From NCBI GenBank assembly GCA_048772705.1, contig JBLWGC010000173.1, forward strand, positions 62,001 to 126,000: 64,000 nucleotides of DNA, written 5' to 3'. The DNA is from Leidyana gryllorum EB-2025a (Eukaryota; Protista; Apicomplexa). The position numbers and the translations under genes are program-made. A model generated the notes under the pieces. It saw nothing but the letters and a program-made list of their open reading frames with translations, made no database searches and had not been told where the DNA came from. Positions 23,532-34,950 of the stretch are shown one piece after another (position 1 is the stretch's first letter; the number at the start of each line of letters is the position of its first letter).

Positions 23532-26500
23532 CTACGTGTTAGCATTCATGTAAAACATCCCAATAAGGTGCTTCGGACAAGCTGACAAAGCGAAAAGCCT
23601 GTCTCCAGGCTTCAGAGGCATTGTGGGTGGTGGACAACTGATGATGAGTTCGTCGGCTTCATTTCCTCGCAGATGATCAATTGGATTGGCTGCAATAATA
23701 GGGCATGGTCTCGATGTGTGGTGTGTGTAATACTCACCATTAATGGATTGCACTCGTATCTGACGCCAGACAGCGAATATTAGTTTCAATTCTACCTTCA
23801 TTAAATAGGCGTACACATCCCGAAAGAGCGTCCCCTCTCGGTCGAATAGCTTGGGAATATTTATCAGTGACAATGGTGACTGCACACGATACCGGGCCAT
23901 CTCGGGGTGCTGGTCCCGAGAGTCAACCAGCTCTGCCAATGGACTGAACGCGCCCTGCACAAACAACAACACTGTATATCCGAAAAGGGGATCGAAAAGG
24001 CAACACTTACGTCCACAAAGTGCTCTATGAGAGTCGAATCAATCGCATATCGACTTATTGGTAATCCATAACCAATCAATGGATATGCCATTTCTCGAAG
24101 CCACAGCCGCCCAGCTCGATACTCGGATTGCACAGCGTAATGAGAAAAGTCCATAGGATTCGCACCAACACTATACTTCCCTCCCATCTGATCTTTGGAC
24201 ACCTCACGTCCACCCTCAGCTGCCCACTCTGCATTGTCAGGTTGATCCTGGATCGCCATGTGGGTCATCAAAGTACTCCTTCTCAGTCCGTCATGCCTTC
24301 CAACGTTCCGGAAAGCACTCAACAAGAACACATCACGAGCACTGTTCAAGAACTCAATGTTCTCTCTCTGTTGGAGAAGGCAATGAAGAGTGTGTGGCTT
24401 GAGTTCTGCTGTTGTCTCACCTCTTGGAGCTCCGTGATTATCAGAGGCACACGGAATGACTGGTGATATTGAGTCGCAACACTGCGTCTGAGATTCTTGA
24501 CCCCACTGGGACGATACCCAGATCCAGCTGGGCCTCGAGGGGACAATGCTGCCGCCAAAGCAGCCAAGTCAGCGCTAGCTGTCTCGTTGGACATCAGAGT
24601 CGCTTGATCGATCGCTTGACGAACATTCTCGACTTCAATATTCGAAAGATACTCATTCACTCGCGAATAGAGGGCGAACAGTTGTTGTCTGACCAGTATA
24701 ACGTGATTATCCCGAGGAGCTGTGGACCCGGAGTAGCCGTTCTCGAGCCCCTCAAACGCGTGATGACACGATAGGATAACTATACTGTCAGCCAAGAGTG
24801 CCCCAGCATTCTTGAGATCATCAATACTCAATGGTGATCCATGCAGCCATACACAAGTTTCCGCGTATGGCTCCAGCTCATGTGCCCACCGCCCGAATGC
24901 TGGAGCGTCATTCGCCGCTAAAATGAGGACATTAGCCGGCCTCGAAGCCGCAATGGCCGCCAAGAAAACTGGTAAGTCACCGGGCCAACCGCAAACCAGA
25001 ATCAATGGTTTCAAATCCGATCCCACACTGCTGTCACTGTCCGAGCGACTGCCCAAGTCGAAGGCTTCAACAGCCGAATTCACCTCTCGGATCACGGCGT
25101 CATCTTTAGTCGCCAATACCGTAGAAGATGTTTTCCGACTGATATCGGCGGTTTGGTGCTGCACAAAGAACTCAACAATGGTAGCGATTTCGGGAAACGA
25201 ACAAACTCACCGTGGCTGCCTCTCTCGAGGGTGCGCTGGAACTCGACGATGATATACTCGACCTCGCGCTGTCTTTACTCTCGTGTCTGGTGCTGTGTCC
25301 GTATGCAACTTGCACAGCGCGGCGGGCGCTTTCGGCATGTTCAGTGGTTTGGTGGAGAGACTCAATAAATTGAGAGAAGGCGTGGCGCAGATCGTCTGGG
25401 CTTCTGAGATTACGAGCGTGAAACTTGGCCTCGGTGTCAGCCATGGTACCAGTGATATTGAAAGTGGCCGATCTGATTATTTTCTGTACAGCTGAGAGAG
25501 AGTTGGATAAGACGACTCCAGCCAGAGGGATTGTACCCTTTCTTCTCATCTCGGCTCCAATATTGTATCCAACTGGGTTCATATAGAACTTTTTGTCTAT
25601 CGATACCAACCCAATCAGGAATAACTCATATCGCCGATAGATCATTCTCGCCGCCAGTGTGAAATCCACTCCCTGCATACTCTCCGGGAACTCTAATCGA
25701 TACACCTGGAACTGGAGACCTCGGAAGAAGTAATAAAAGTTTAACTCATCTTGCATCTCCCGTTGCTCTTCGAGGGTGTGATCGAGTTCGGTCACCGAGG
25801 GCGGGGCGGTCTGACGATTGTCCCGAGGTGTGGGTGAAAGTGGATCCGCCGGAGGCGTCTGATTGTTTCTCTTACGCCACTTCCGGAGGTGAGCTCGAAT
25901 GGTCGACTCCCCCACGGCGTCGGATCCCGCAGATGAAGAAGGCACTCGCTGGCGAGCAGCGGGGTGGCCTCGAGACATCCGAGAACCCATGTCCGAAGGC
26001 GCGGCCTGGATCATACTTCCCGCTGGGCGCGGAGAAGCGCGACCGACCACTCTGGAGCCGCCTGCACGAAGGTCTCTTTGGTGTTCATAGTTACGAAGGG
26101 CGATTATGTGTGCGTCTCGATCCATGCGATCTGTGACCGGCACTTTAGTTGGGGTCTGACTGGCCATAGCCGCGTCAGGCGACAGGAATCTTTGAGTGCG
26201 AGGGCCACCTGGCGGTGAAGGGACTCCTGGGGTCTCCCAATTGCTTTGAGAATGGGGAGGCGGGGTGGTAAGGGAAGACTCGGGAGCTCCCATGTCTTCG
26301 TCTTCGCTCTGCGCTGTACTTCGGAACACATTTGAGGGGAATTTCGGCATTTTGAACGTGGCATAATTGAGTCGTTTGCGCAGACGAGCTCCAGCAGCTT
26401 TCTGTTTGGCCTCTCTTCTACGGCGGATTATATCGAAAAACTTGACAAATAGGGTATCATCGCTGGGGGCGTGGAAGAGGTTGAAGATGAGTGGGAGGAA

Positions 26501-29132
26501 ACCAGGACAACCGTTGGCACTCTTGGCGAGGCATTTGAGCTTCAGATGCTCGAAGCTCACTATGTGGTAAGCGCCGATCTCGTGTGTCAGTTCACTGTAA
26601 CTTCCATGGGCCAATTGGACCGAGATCGGAACATTTGGCCAACACCACGGCTGTGCTTTTGTGACCTTCAAGAAGACACGTTGGTCTTCATCAATCAACC
26701 TTTGAGTAGACTCGGAGTTGGAAAAACCCCCTCCGCCATGACAGCGGCAGGAAGCAAAGGGAGAAGAGCCACCTTTCGGATCGGCCATGATGATAACACA
26801 TCTTGCCAAGCCACAGTAAAGCTGCAGCTCTTCACTTCGTGGACATTGCTGACTGACACATATTGATGTCGTCTTGCTTCGCGTTGCGTCTTGGACCAAA
26901 GACTTGAAGGATTCTGCCACAAAGGGTGTCACTACTAATATATGCCGAATACTCCCTGGCAACGTTCCATTCACGTTGTGGATGAGAATGGCTAATTGGC
27001 GTGGTCGGATCTTCCCGTAGATAAAGATAAAGTCGCTGTCCAACGATGGCATGCGTCCAACGACCACTGGCGGGGTGTGGAAAGCAGTAAGGAGACGTTG
27101 CACGTGGTAAGGGAAAAGAATAAAGCCTCCGAGGATCGCAGCGCTTGTAATATACCTCGCCAGCCGCGTTTCCGGGGAGTAGTCGCCGTAACCCACTGTA
27201 GTCAGCGTGACAACTGAGTAATATATGTAGTCCAGAATTGAGGTAAATCCGATGTCCGGCTGCGGAGCCTCCACCACGTACATGAAGCACGCGAACGTTA
27301 GGATAAACACCGCCGTGTCCACCAGCAATCCTATAATTATCAGCTTCACGGAGCCAACAAAGGAGAAAGCATTGCCAATCAATGACTCCAAACGGAACAA
27401 GCGGAATAATCGAAGAGGCCCAAACTGAAAAAGATAACGATGAGTGCGAGTGCGAGATCAGATCAGAGATGGACACGGAAACACACAAACACCCAAACAT
27501 CGAACTCAACCAACAGATCGGTCGTGAGATCGCCACTCCACCAAAATCCATCGATCTCAAAAAGAATGGTCCACTCACCGTCAAGCTGTAAGCCGGATAC
27601 GTCCGCGCACTGAGATACTGGATGGTCGCTTGGCACACAGGGAGGGTCAATATGTCAATGAAGGTCGGAAACGAGAGGAAGAAGCGCCCCTTCTGAGGCG
27701 CGGTCATGAGGGAGAGGACGAAGTCAAGTGTTAATTGGATTTGGAAGATTGTCTCTAATTCGTAGAAGAACCTGGGCAAGGTGGACAAATCCCAGGGACC
27801 GCGGTAGGATGGCCTTGTCATACTCTCCAATCCCCAGATCAGCAAGGAGGACCAAACCAGATTGCGACACACGATACTGATACTGAATGGACCTGATTCC
27901 ACAAATTCTTGACCTTTCCGTCGGACTCTCTCATGGAAACTCAGCAGCCTCTCCATCATACTGATCTTCATGTACTCGTTCTTCATATCGGCATCTCGCA
28001 ACGCTTGCCAATCACTTTCACTGAACATCCGCCCTGCGTCTGCCACACCCATAACCCCTCCACTGCGTCCACCCCCACGCTTCCCCCCTCCTCCTGGGTG
28101 CTCTTCTTTAATACCAGGCAAACGCGTGGACCGCCGCAGACGCGCCTCCAATAGAGGATTGTGATGCGGCAGCCCTGGTGATAAAGCCAGCACATCCGGC
28201 TGACTAATCGCGTGCAAAACATGATGGAAGTCCCCCTCCGAATTTGGCTGGAAACTCGTTCGCCTCGTCAGGCCGCGTCGAGCTGTTGTAGAATTTAAGG
28301 CGGGCTGGAGATCGTTCATGTGCGCCAGCTCGTCCGTCGTGGTATGTCGTCGCTCATCAGTCAGCGGAGGTTGCCGTCCCTGACTGCTCCAGACGAGCAG
28401 CGGGAGACCCCCAGTCATCTTACGACTGACGGGCGTCCGCACTCCCCCTAAGGGGGACGTCCGTCTTCTCATAGGGGGGAGTCCAGATCGCGCCCAACCC
28501 GCTTCGCTCTCTGGTCTCTTCCGTTGAGTGTTCGCGTCCGTGACAGGAAGCGCAAACTGATGTTCCAGTTGTCGGCGCCCACGTCTTGACAGGAATACCC
28601 AATATCTACCAGCCGCAGCCAGCGGTGCAACAATCAGCCATACTGCTAAAGTTGTCACCAGATATAGACCGATCCCCAGCATCATGTATCGGAAGGTATG
28701 AGACTCATTCCACCGGCTGACTTGGTAACAGGAGAGGATCATATAGGCAGACCAGACCAAACATAAGGTTGGCACGATGGCCTTCTGCAAGAAGCGACCG
28801 ATAGTAGCAGGATGCCACTTGGACCTCGATTGGCCGAGCTTTGGGCCACCCAACAAGAGTTTCGGTATCTTGAAGCCCCCCGGACGGGTGCCCGGCGCCC
28901 GTGGACTCCATGCGAATCTGAAAGCGCACGTGTGCGAAAGGATATGATTGGCTTACCCCGCAGTGAGGGTTGGTGGGTCCACTTCATTAGAATCGGCTCG
29001 GGCATCGGGGCTTAAGTGATCTCGTACTTCGTTAGCGGCCGACCCGTCATCGCTATCGGCGAAGTCTCCAGCATTGCCGGGGTGGGGCTGAAATTGCGAA
29101 TAAGCTCCACCACCTTGCAAGCCCTGCTCCAT
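23532..29132 (-). CDS. Large Slo/BK-type potassium channel
   Basis: S4-like segment FGPLRLFRLFRLE and pore YYSVVTLTTVGYGDYSP. RCK-like segments LAKSANGCPGFLPLIFNL, ILVCGWP and LHGSPLSIDDLKNAG. Long low-complexity insertions. Confidence 0.88.
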
Positions 29133-29147
29133 GTCCTGTTTTTTGGG

Positions 29148-29843
29148 TCAACCTCCATTTTGGAAGAAAGGACTATCGACTAGGGATCTTATCGCATTGG
29201 CTTTCTTTTCGCCGATGCCCAGGACATCAGTTAGATCACTCACGGGTGCCTTGGGATGGGAAATGGATCTCAAGAAATAAAGAATGCTCACCAACAAAAC
29301 TCGTCTGAGGGTTCCGAAACGTTTGAGGAGCATGATGGCATCGCTTCTGGATATGGTGGGTATGGTGGTTAGCATTTGAATGGCCCGTTCAAGGGGTGGT
29401 AGTCTGTCAAGCTTGGGTAGCAGGAAATCTGCAGCTCCTTTGTTCTGGTAAATCTTGAATGCCTCGATGATCCTTGCGCATTCCATTGAGCTCCATCCGC
29501 AAAAGAGGATGGCTTTGAACTTGAAGCAGAGTCTGGTGATGTCCATCAACCATTGATTGGCTTCTACATTGTCGACTAAGCAGACAAGTACGAGTGTATG
29601 GAATTTGTTGTAGCACTGGACCAATCTGCTGCGTAAATAGTTCTGACGATCCCTTTTGTGGTATTCGATCGATATAAACAAAGCTCCTCGGCTGGAGGTG
29701 AATCGGTAGTCGGCAATGTCGTCAGCTACAAAGCGATAAGGTACTTGTCTCAAGTATCGTATGAGAGGGTTGTCCTTCTGTCGTTCATTGATGTCTAACA
29801 AGTCTCCGCTCCCAGCTCCACTTTGGATGACTTCGGGTGACAT
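29148..29843 (-). CDS. ERCC1: DNA excision repair protein ERCC1/Rad10
   Basis: INERQKDNPLIRYL, ADY..GALFISIEYH and WSSMECARIIEAFK, plus C-terminal HhH motifs. There is a 42-nt in-frame intron at 29291-29250. Confidence 0.94.
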   Translation of the reverse strand: MSPEVIQSGAGSGDLLDINERQKDNPLIRYLRQVPYRFVADDIADYRFTSSRGALFISIEYHKRDRQNYLRSRLVQCYNKFHTLVLVCLVDNVEANQWLMDITRLCFKFKAILFCGWSSMECARIIEAFKIYQNKGAADFLLPKLDRLPPLERAIQMLTTIPTISRSDAIMLLKRFGTLRRVLLVSILYFLRSISHPKAPVSDLTDVLGIGEKKANAIRSLVDSPFFQNGG

Positions 29844-29888
29844 TCAAGATTCAGTCTTCAAAAAGGCATCTTTTGTTGTTGGTCCAGA

Positions 29889-31151
29889 ATGGCCAATCGT
29901 CCTCCACGTCGGGTGATAGCACGGGCCCGCGATGTGGAAGTTGACCCCTTTTACAATTGTTTGGAGGCGGTGCCCCGGATTCGGTTCTTCTCGGCGACGG
30001 ACAGATTGTTCAGTGATTTTGGTTTGACGCTGGCACTCTTTGACATCAATCCGTTGGAGTGCGCTGATGACAATGAGCGCAGTGCCTCGATACGGGATGG
30101 TTTGATCCAAGTTTTACGTCTTAACGATAGTTATCTATTGCCCAAAGAGGCTGCGTGTGCTGCTGACACCTCTGGCTCGTCGTTTGTACAGAAGACTATG
30201 ACGGCTGAGGCGGATGTCTATGACGTAGTAGCGGTTGACAAGAGCCAACAAGAGGCCGCGACTGACGCCAGCGAACGTTTAGAAAGAGCTGTGCGGTTTG
30301 TTGATGAGTACCGGAGTGTCATGTTATTGCTGTGTCCAGTTTTGCCCTTAAAGACGCTGCGAAGTCCCAAGGCTCGTCCCCTCATGGGCGCCGCAATAGG
30401 TTTGACGGCAACCGAGGGAGAGATCGAGATCCGATGGACATTCTCCAAGCTTCAAGCTTTGGGCTTTGAACTCAAACTGAGAGAGGCCTTCGAGGCCGTT
30501 TTCATGCATCGCATCATTGCCGAGTGTCTGTTTCTCGAGGATTTGCGTGTTGCGCGTCTGGGACGCGAGGGCTTTATACGAAGTGTGCGTGAACGTCGTT
30601 TCGTGTCCGTGGTGTGCCGCAACATGATACACTTCCCCAAGACGATGGTCGAAGTTGTTGGCAACTATGAAGGCGGCGAACGGCATTACAACTTGGGCAG
30701 TACAGAGGGTGTAGTACAGCACATTGTAACTTGTCAATGCAGATCACGCACAATCAAAATGCTTCGAGCCCACCACCAAGGGCGCAAAGATCTCGCGACG
30801 AAAGCTCAGCCGCCGGGAGGAGTGGTGAAGAATACTGTCACTGAGCGATTAGACGCTTTGCGCAGACGGAAAGAGCTCCTGCAAGAGTCCGGGAACACCG
30901 AACGTTTACGCGCGCTACTGGAGGAAGAGAAACAGCTCATCGCCGAAGCGGAGGAACTAATCAAAGAAGAGGAGGAGATGCCCGAACCTTTCGTGTGGTC
31001 ATTCTACGCCATCTCATTGGCTTCGCTTGACCGGCAGCTCCCAAAATTACTCGTGGGGGTGGACAAGCAAGTCGGTCTTATACTGCGAGAGGAGGCGGCT
31101 TGCGAGGAGCTGAAAGCTAAGCTGCGCTGTCGGGTGAAATATGCAGCATAA
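29889..31151 (+). CDS. Hypothetical 420-aa protein with C-terminal coiled coil (possible remote Med17 similarity)
   Basis: Long uninterrupted ORF filling the gap between ERCC1 and the KH gene. Any family assignment is tentative. Confidence 0.7.
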   Translation: MANRPPRRVIARARDVEVDPFYNCLEAVPRIRFFSATDRLFSDFGLTLALFDINPLECADDNERSASIRDGLIQVLRLNDSYLLPKEAACAADTSGSSFVQKTMTAEADVYDVVAVDKSQQEAATDASERLERAVRFVDEYRSVMLLLCPVLPLKTLRSPKARPLMGAAIGLTATEGEIEIRWTFSKLQALGFELKLREAFEAVFMHRIIAECLFLEDLRVARLGREGFIRSVRERRFVSVVCRNMIHFPKTMVEVVGNYEGGERHYNLGSTEGVVQHIVTCQCRSRTIKMLRAHHQGRKDLATKAQPPGGVVKNTVTERLDALRRRKELLQESGNTERLRALLEEEKQLIAEAEELIKEEEEMPEPFVWSFYAISLASLDRQLPKLLVGVDKQVGLILREEAACEELKAKLRCRVKYAA

Positions 31152-31187
31152 AAGGGTAGAGGGAAAAAAACGTTCGAAAACCTCCAT

Positions 31188-32507
31188 ATGGCTGGCTCCC
31201 ACCCAGATATCGGTGGCTTATCACGGGCACCTAGTCCGCGCGTCGAAGCCCTTTCCTCCAGCATGATGGAAGCAAAACCTGATACCGCTTGGACCAAGCT
31301 CCTCATCAATAACGGAGTCATTGGAACCCTAATCGGAAAGAATGGTAAGGCTCACACCCATCTGCCCTTTTCCACACCCCCTGTCAGGCGGGACAATCAA
31401 CGCGATTCGGACACAAACGGGCTGCAATGTCAAGGTATCCACCGCCGGTAAGTCTTGAAAGCAGCGAGGCGTCTCGCGAAACGGTGTGTGTGTAGGATGC
31501 TTCTACCCGGGAACCCTGGATCGGGTCGTCGTCCTGAGCGGACCCATGCAAGCGCTCGAACAAGCTATTGTTTTCATCTTAGTAAGCCACAAGTCTGGTT
31601 CGAGCCCTTTGGTCACACCCGCTTCCTCGTTCAGACCGCCTTAAAAGATTCACCCCAACAACACATGGCGTCCGACAGCGTAGGTTCGGGTGGAGCTATC
31701 AAGAATGGACTCGAATTCAAATTCGTTGTCCCGAACTCTACTGTGTCGCTGATCATTGGCAAGGGAGGTGGCCGCATTAACCATTTACGCGAGACTACCG
31801 GAGCGAAGATTCAGATTTCGTCGCGCGAAACCACCAGCCGAATGGAGACTGAACGACTCATCATTGTTTCTGGCGACTTCGACCATGTCCGAACAAGTGC
31901 CCTTCTCATAGCGCAAGTCATCCAGGAAGACGCCGCTTTGCGAGATTTCATGCACATCTCCTACCCACCTAGAACCGAGAGCATTCAAGTGAGCGAGCCC
32001 GCCGCGCTGCCCGGACTCTCATTCGCTTCGCAGACCTCCCCTCCTCGTGGACCCGCCTCCCCATACGCTGGATATGGACTCGCTTCTCCAGACAACGCTG
32101 GGTTCTTGGTACCACCTGCCGGCCATATGTCCACGGCGTCAGTGATGGAGATATACTCCGAAATATACCTCCAGATCCCTGACAGCTACGTGGGGTCCCT
32201 TGTGGGCCGCAATGGGCTGCACCTCACTGAAATTAGGACGACCTCTGGGGCGCGGGTATCCATAAGTCAGCGAGGCGAACTCGTACCTGGTAAGTGTGGT
32301 GACATGTGTCGTGCTCCCCGATGATGTGTGTATCCTTCCTTACTCTGACTGACTGATTCTCATTTTTGGTCCACAGGTACTCAGGACAGGCTGGTTACCG
32401 TGGCTGGCGCGATACGCAGTGTTCACGCCGCCCACATCCTCATCATGCAGCGGCTGGCGGAACTACAGGAGCAAAACCAACAACGCCCTGAATCCTTGCA
32501 ACACTGA
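31188..32507 (+). CDS. Triple KH-domain RNA-binding protein (Nova/PCBP-like)
   Basis: Three GxxG loops (LIGKNG, IIGKGG, LVGRNG), with FYPGTLDRV and VPGTQDRLVTVAG; four introns. Confidence 0.9.
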
Positions 32508-32641
32508 TCATCATCATACTTTCTCTTTACTAACACACTCACCGCCGCCTATTGACCCAACCCACAACCCGCCGCCCGCCTACCTTTTATTCATCCTGCC
32601 ACCAATGAGAGAGAGCCCAAATAAAAACTAGCCACATCCCC

Positions 32642-33599
32642 ATGGCAGCAGCAGCTAGTGTTGCTGGAGACTTCCAAAGCATTTGCTTAGTATGTCGCCT
32701 CACTTCACGAACCCTACCAGCATTTGTCTATCAAACTGGACCTTGGAAACCTAAAGCATCTCACGAAGCACAACAGCAGCGGTGCTACTGTCCGAATCCG
32801 ATCGATCTCGGAGTCCAAGCATTCACTGCTGGCGAACACGCACTGTCCTATGCCATCATAAGGCCCTCTGAAGCAGCACACCTGCTGCAGTCCAGACAGT
32901 ACCTGTCTGGAGTAGCCGAGGCCTTTGAGGCCTCTATTGACACGACAGCGCAGATCCGGACACGAATTTGCATATGGGTAAATGCCCGTCCCTATTTAGC
33001 TCAGGATGTCCCAATCTACCCTCTGGACGATGCCATAATAGCGCTCTTGGCTGACTATCAAATACAGAGTGTGGAATTGAGCCACATTGACGAAGTTGTA
33101 AGCCGTCTACACACACATTTCCGTCAATCAGTGGCAGGGTCAGTACATAACTAAAGGCTTGGCGGCGTTTCAAGATCGAAAGTGGTCCAACGCTCGCAAG
33201 CCTGGTGGAATTCTGGAAACCCTCGAAGACCCCGTCGCCGCCGTGTGGGCTGCGCAGCTGGCTACCATCAGAGGCCTTTCTACAGGAGCGGCCCAGTCCC
33301 TGGCTCTGGAGTGAGTAGAGCCGCGGCTTCTTGCAATCCTATATATCGTCGTACTGAACAGAACGCGATGTATGGGCAACCTCGTGGAAATACTCAGCAC
33401 CGACCCGCAAGCCTCACAAAAACTGGCTGCCTTGGTGGTTAGGGACTCTTCGCATACCGGACGAAACGTACTGGGCAAAGCCTTAGCCGAACGGTGAGCC
33501 TTAGGTACTCGTTGGCTGGAGAACACCCCACTTAGCGTTTGTTCAATGTACTCCCCCAATGCTCACCCCTCCAAGAATTTTTACAGCTCAGAGCAATGA
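32642..33599 (+). CDS. EME1: EME1/Mms4-like non-catalytic subunit of the MUS81 nuclease
   Basis: Introns 33098-33137, 33311-33361 and 33494-33535 give LDDAIIALLADYQIQSVELSHIDEVGQYIT..VWAAQLATIRGLSTGAAQSL..KLAALVVR..VLGKALAERVCSMY. This fits the EME1 pattern of an ERCC4-like domain followed by (HhH)2. Confidence 0.72.
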
Positions 33600-34947
33600 C
33601 TCGTCACCCCATCTTCGGAATGTCATCGAATCGTCAACCTCCCGTGATATTCGAGGACTATGATGACTCTTATATGGGAGACGGACCCCCGCAGGAGGAA
33701 GTCTACTCCAATATCTTCACCTCCCGATCGCGAAAGCCGTCAATAACAGCACACCATTCACCCACTCCAAACCCTCAGCCTCAGAGCTCACCTACTTACA
33801 CTTCACCTGAGCCAAGCCCTGAGCCATACACTTTCACTGGGTTCAAGGCTCTGCCGGCTCTAGACGATACTCCAGCGACGCCCTCACCGACCGAGGAAAC
33901 GACGCCGTCCCCTACCTTCCGAAACGAAACACCAGGGCAAAACACCTGGACACCCCAATTTGACTCAGCGTCTCCGATCGTGACCTCACCGCGCTCCGAC
34001 ACCCCCGAAGCCGAGATACCTGCGGTTGACTCCCCCAGGGAGTACGAGCCCCCAGGCTTTGAGGTTCTGCCTCCTGAATATGAGACGGAACACGATGCGA
34101 GAGAGCCGCCATGTCCTGCAGCAACCCCCTTCAAGACCATGACACCCACTCCCCTTTCATTCTCAGGCATGAACGGCTACGCCATGCGTAGAAACAATGT
34201 CAAAAGAAGCGAGACCGCCTTCGGAGCTCGCGATCGTGAGGTCTGGCAGACTGACTACATCGAAGATGAACGCAGACTTCAAGACGGTACTCACAGAATC
34301 TATAGAATAGCTCGGACGACTGGATCACGCCCCTTTACCCCTCCAAGAAGATCAACTCTTGATCTCATCTCGGCGAGCTCAGACCTCATTTGGCGATGGG
34401 CCTCTCTCATACTCAGTCTGCTGGTAAGAGGCTCTCTCCCATTCTCCCTCCCACACTACTCTTGCAGTTCGTTTGCGTTCCGGCATACCAACTTTACACA
34501 GATATACAACTCAAACTAACAGTGAGTCTTGGCTCGTTGTCACGTCATACACTCTTCCAGGCGAAGACGCATTCCAAGATTCTGCAAGTTGCGCAGTATC
34601 AACAAAGATGGGAGCTGAATCAGTAAGTCTTATCTCATCCTTGCTTACGTCTGGATGCCACCCTCAGCTGCGATAAAGGACCAGTGGACCTACTGGATAA
34701 GTGTAACGAACTTGATAGAGGTCGCAAAGCCCTCACCAGTGATGTGGGTTTCATTGAGAGTCTCTTCTCGGTCCTAGGCGGCAGTATGAATGGACTCATT
34801 GAAGAGTTCACGTGGCGTCAAGCGATCTGTTTGACCCTGGTCGCCATTGGCGCTTCCTTATGCTTCAAGATCATCAGTGACTTGTCACGAATCAGCCGGC
34901 CACCGGCTTGGATGAGCGATGGATCTCAACAACCGCTCGTTCGCTGA
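33596..34947 (+). CDS. Brr6/Brl1-like nuclear envelope protein
   Basis: A disordered S/T-P-rich N-terminus is followed by TM1, then DIQLK..YQQRWELNHC..LLDKCNEL..VGF..LGGSMNGLIEEFTWR, then TM2. Three introns. The start is either 33596 or 33620. Confidence 0.7.
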
Positions 34948-34950
34948 CAA

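Noticed and set aside
33170-33559. Minus-strand ORF with an FCEACG zinc-ribbon-like motif
   Set aside because: The region is explained by spliced EME1 exons on the plus strand.
29148-33599. ERCC1 and EME1 (both non-catalytic XPF-family partners) within about 3 kb, as a repair cluster
   Set aside because: They are separated by unrelated genes and lie on opposite strands. Proximity is plausible by chance in so dense a genome without synteny data.
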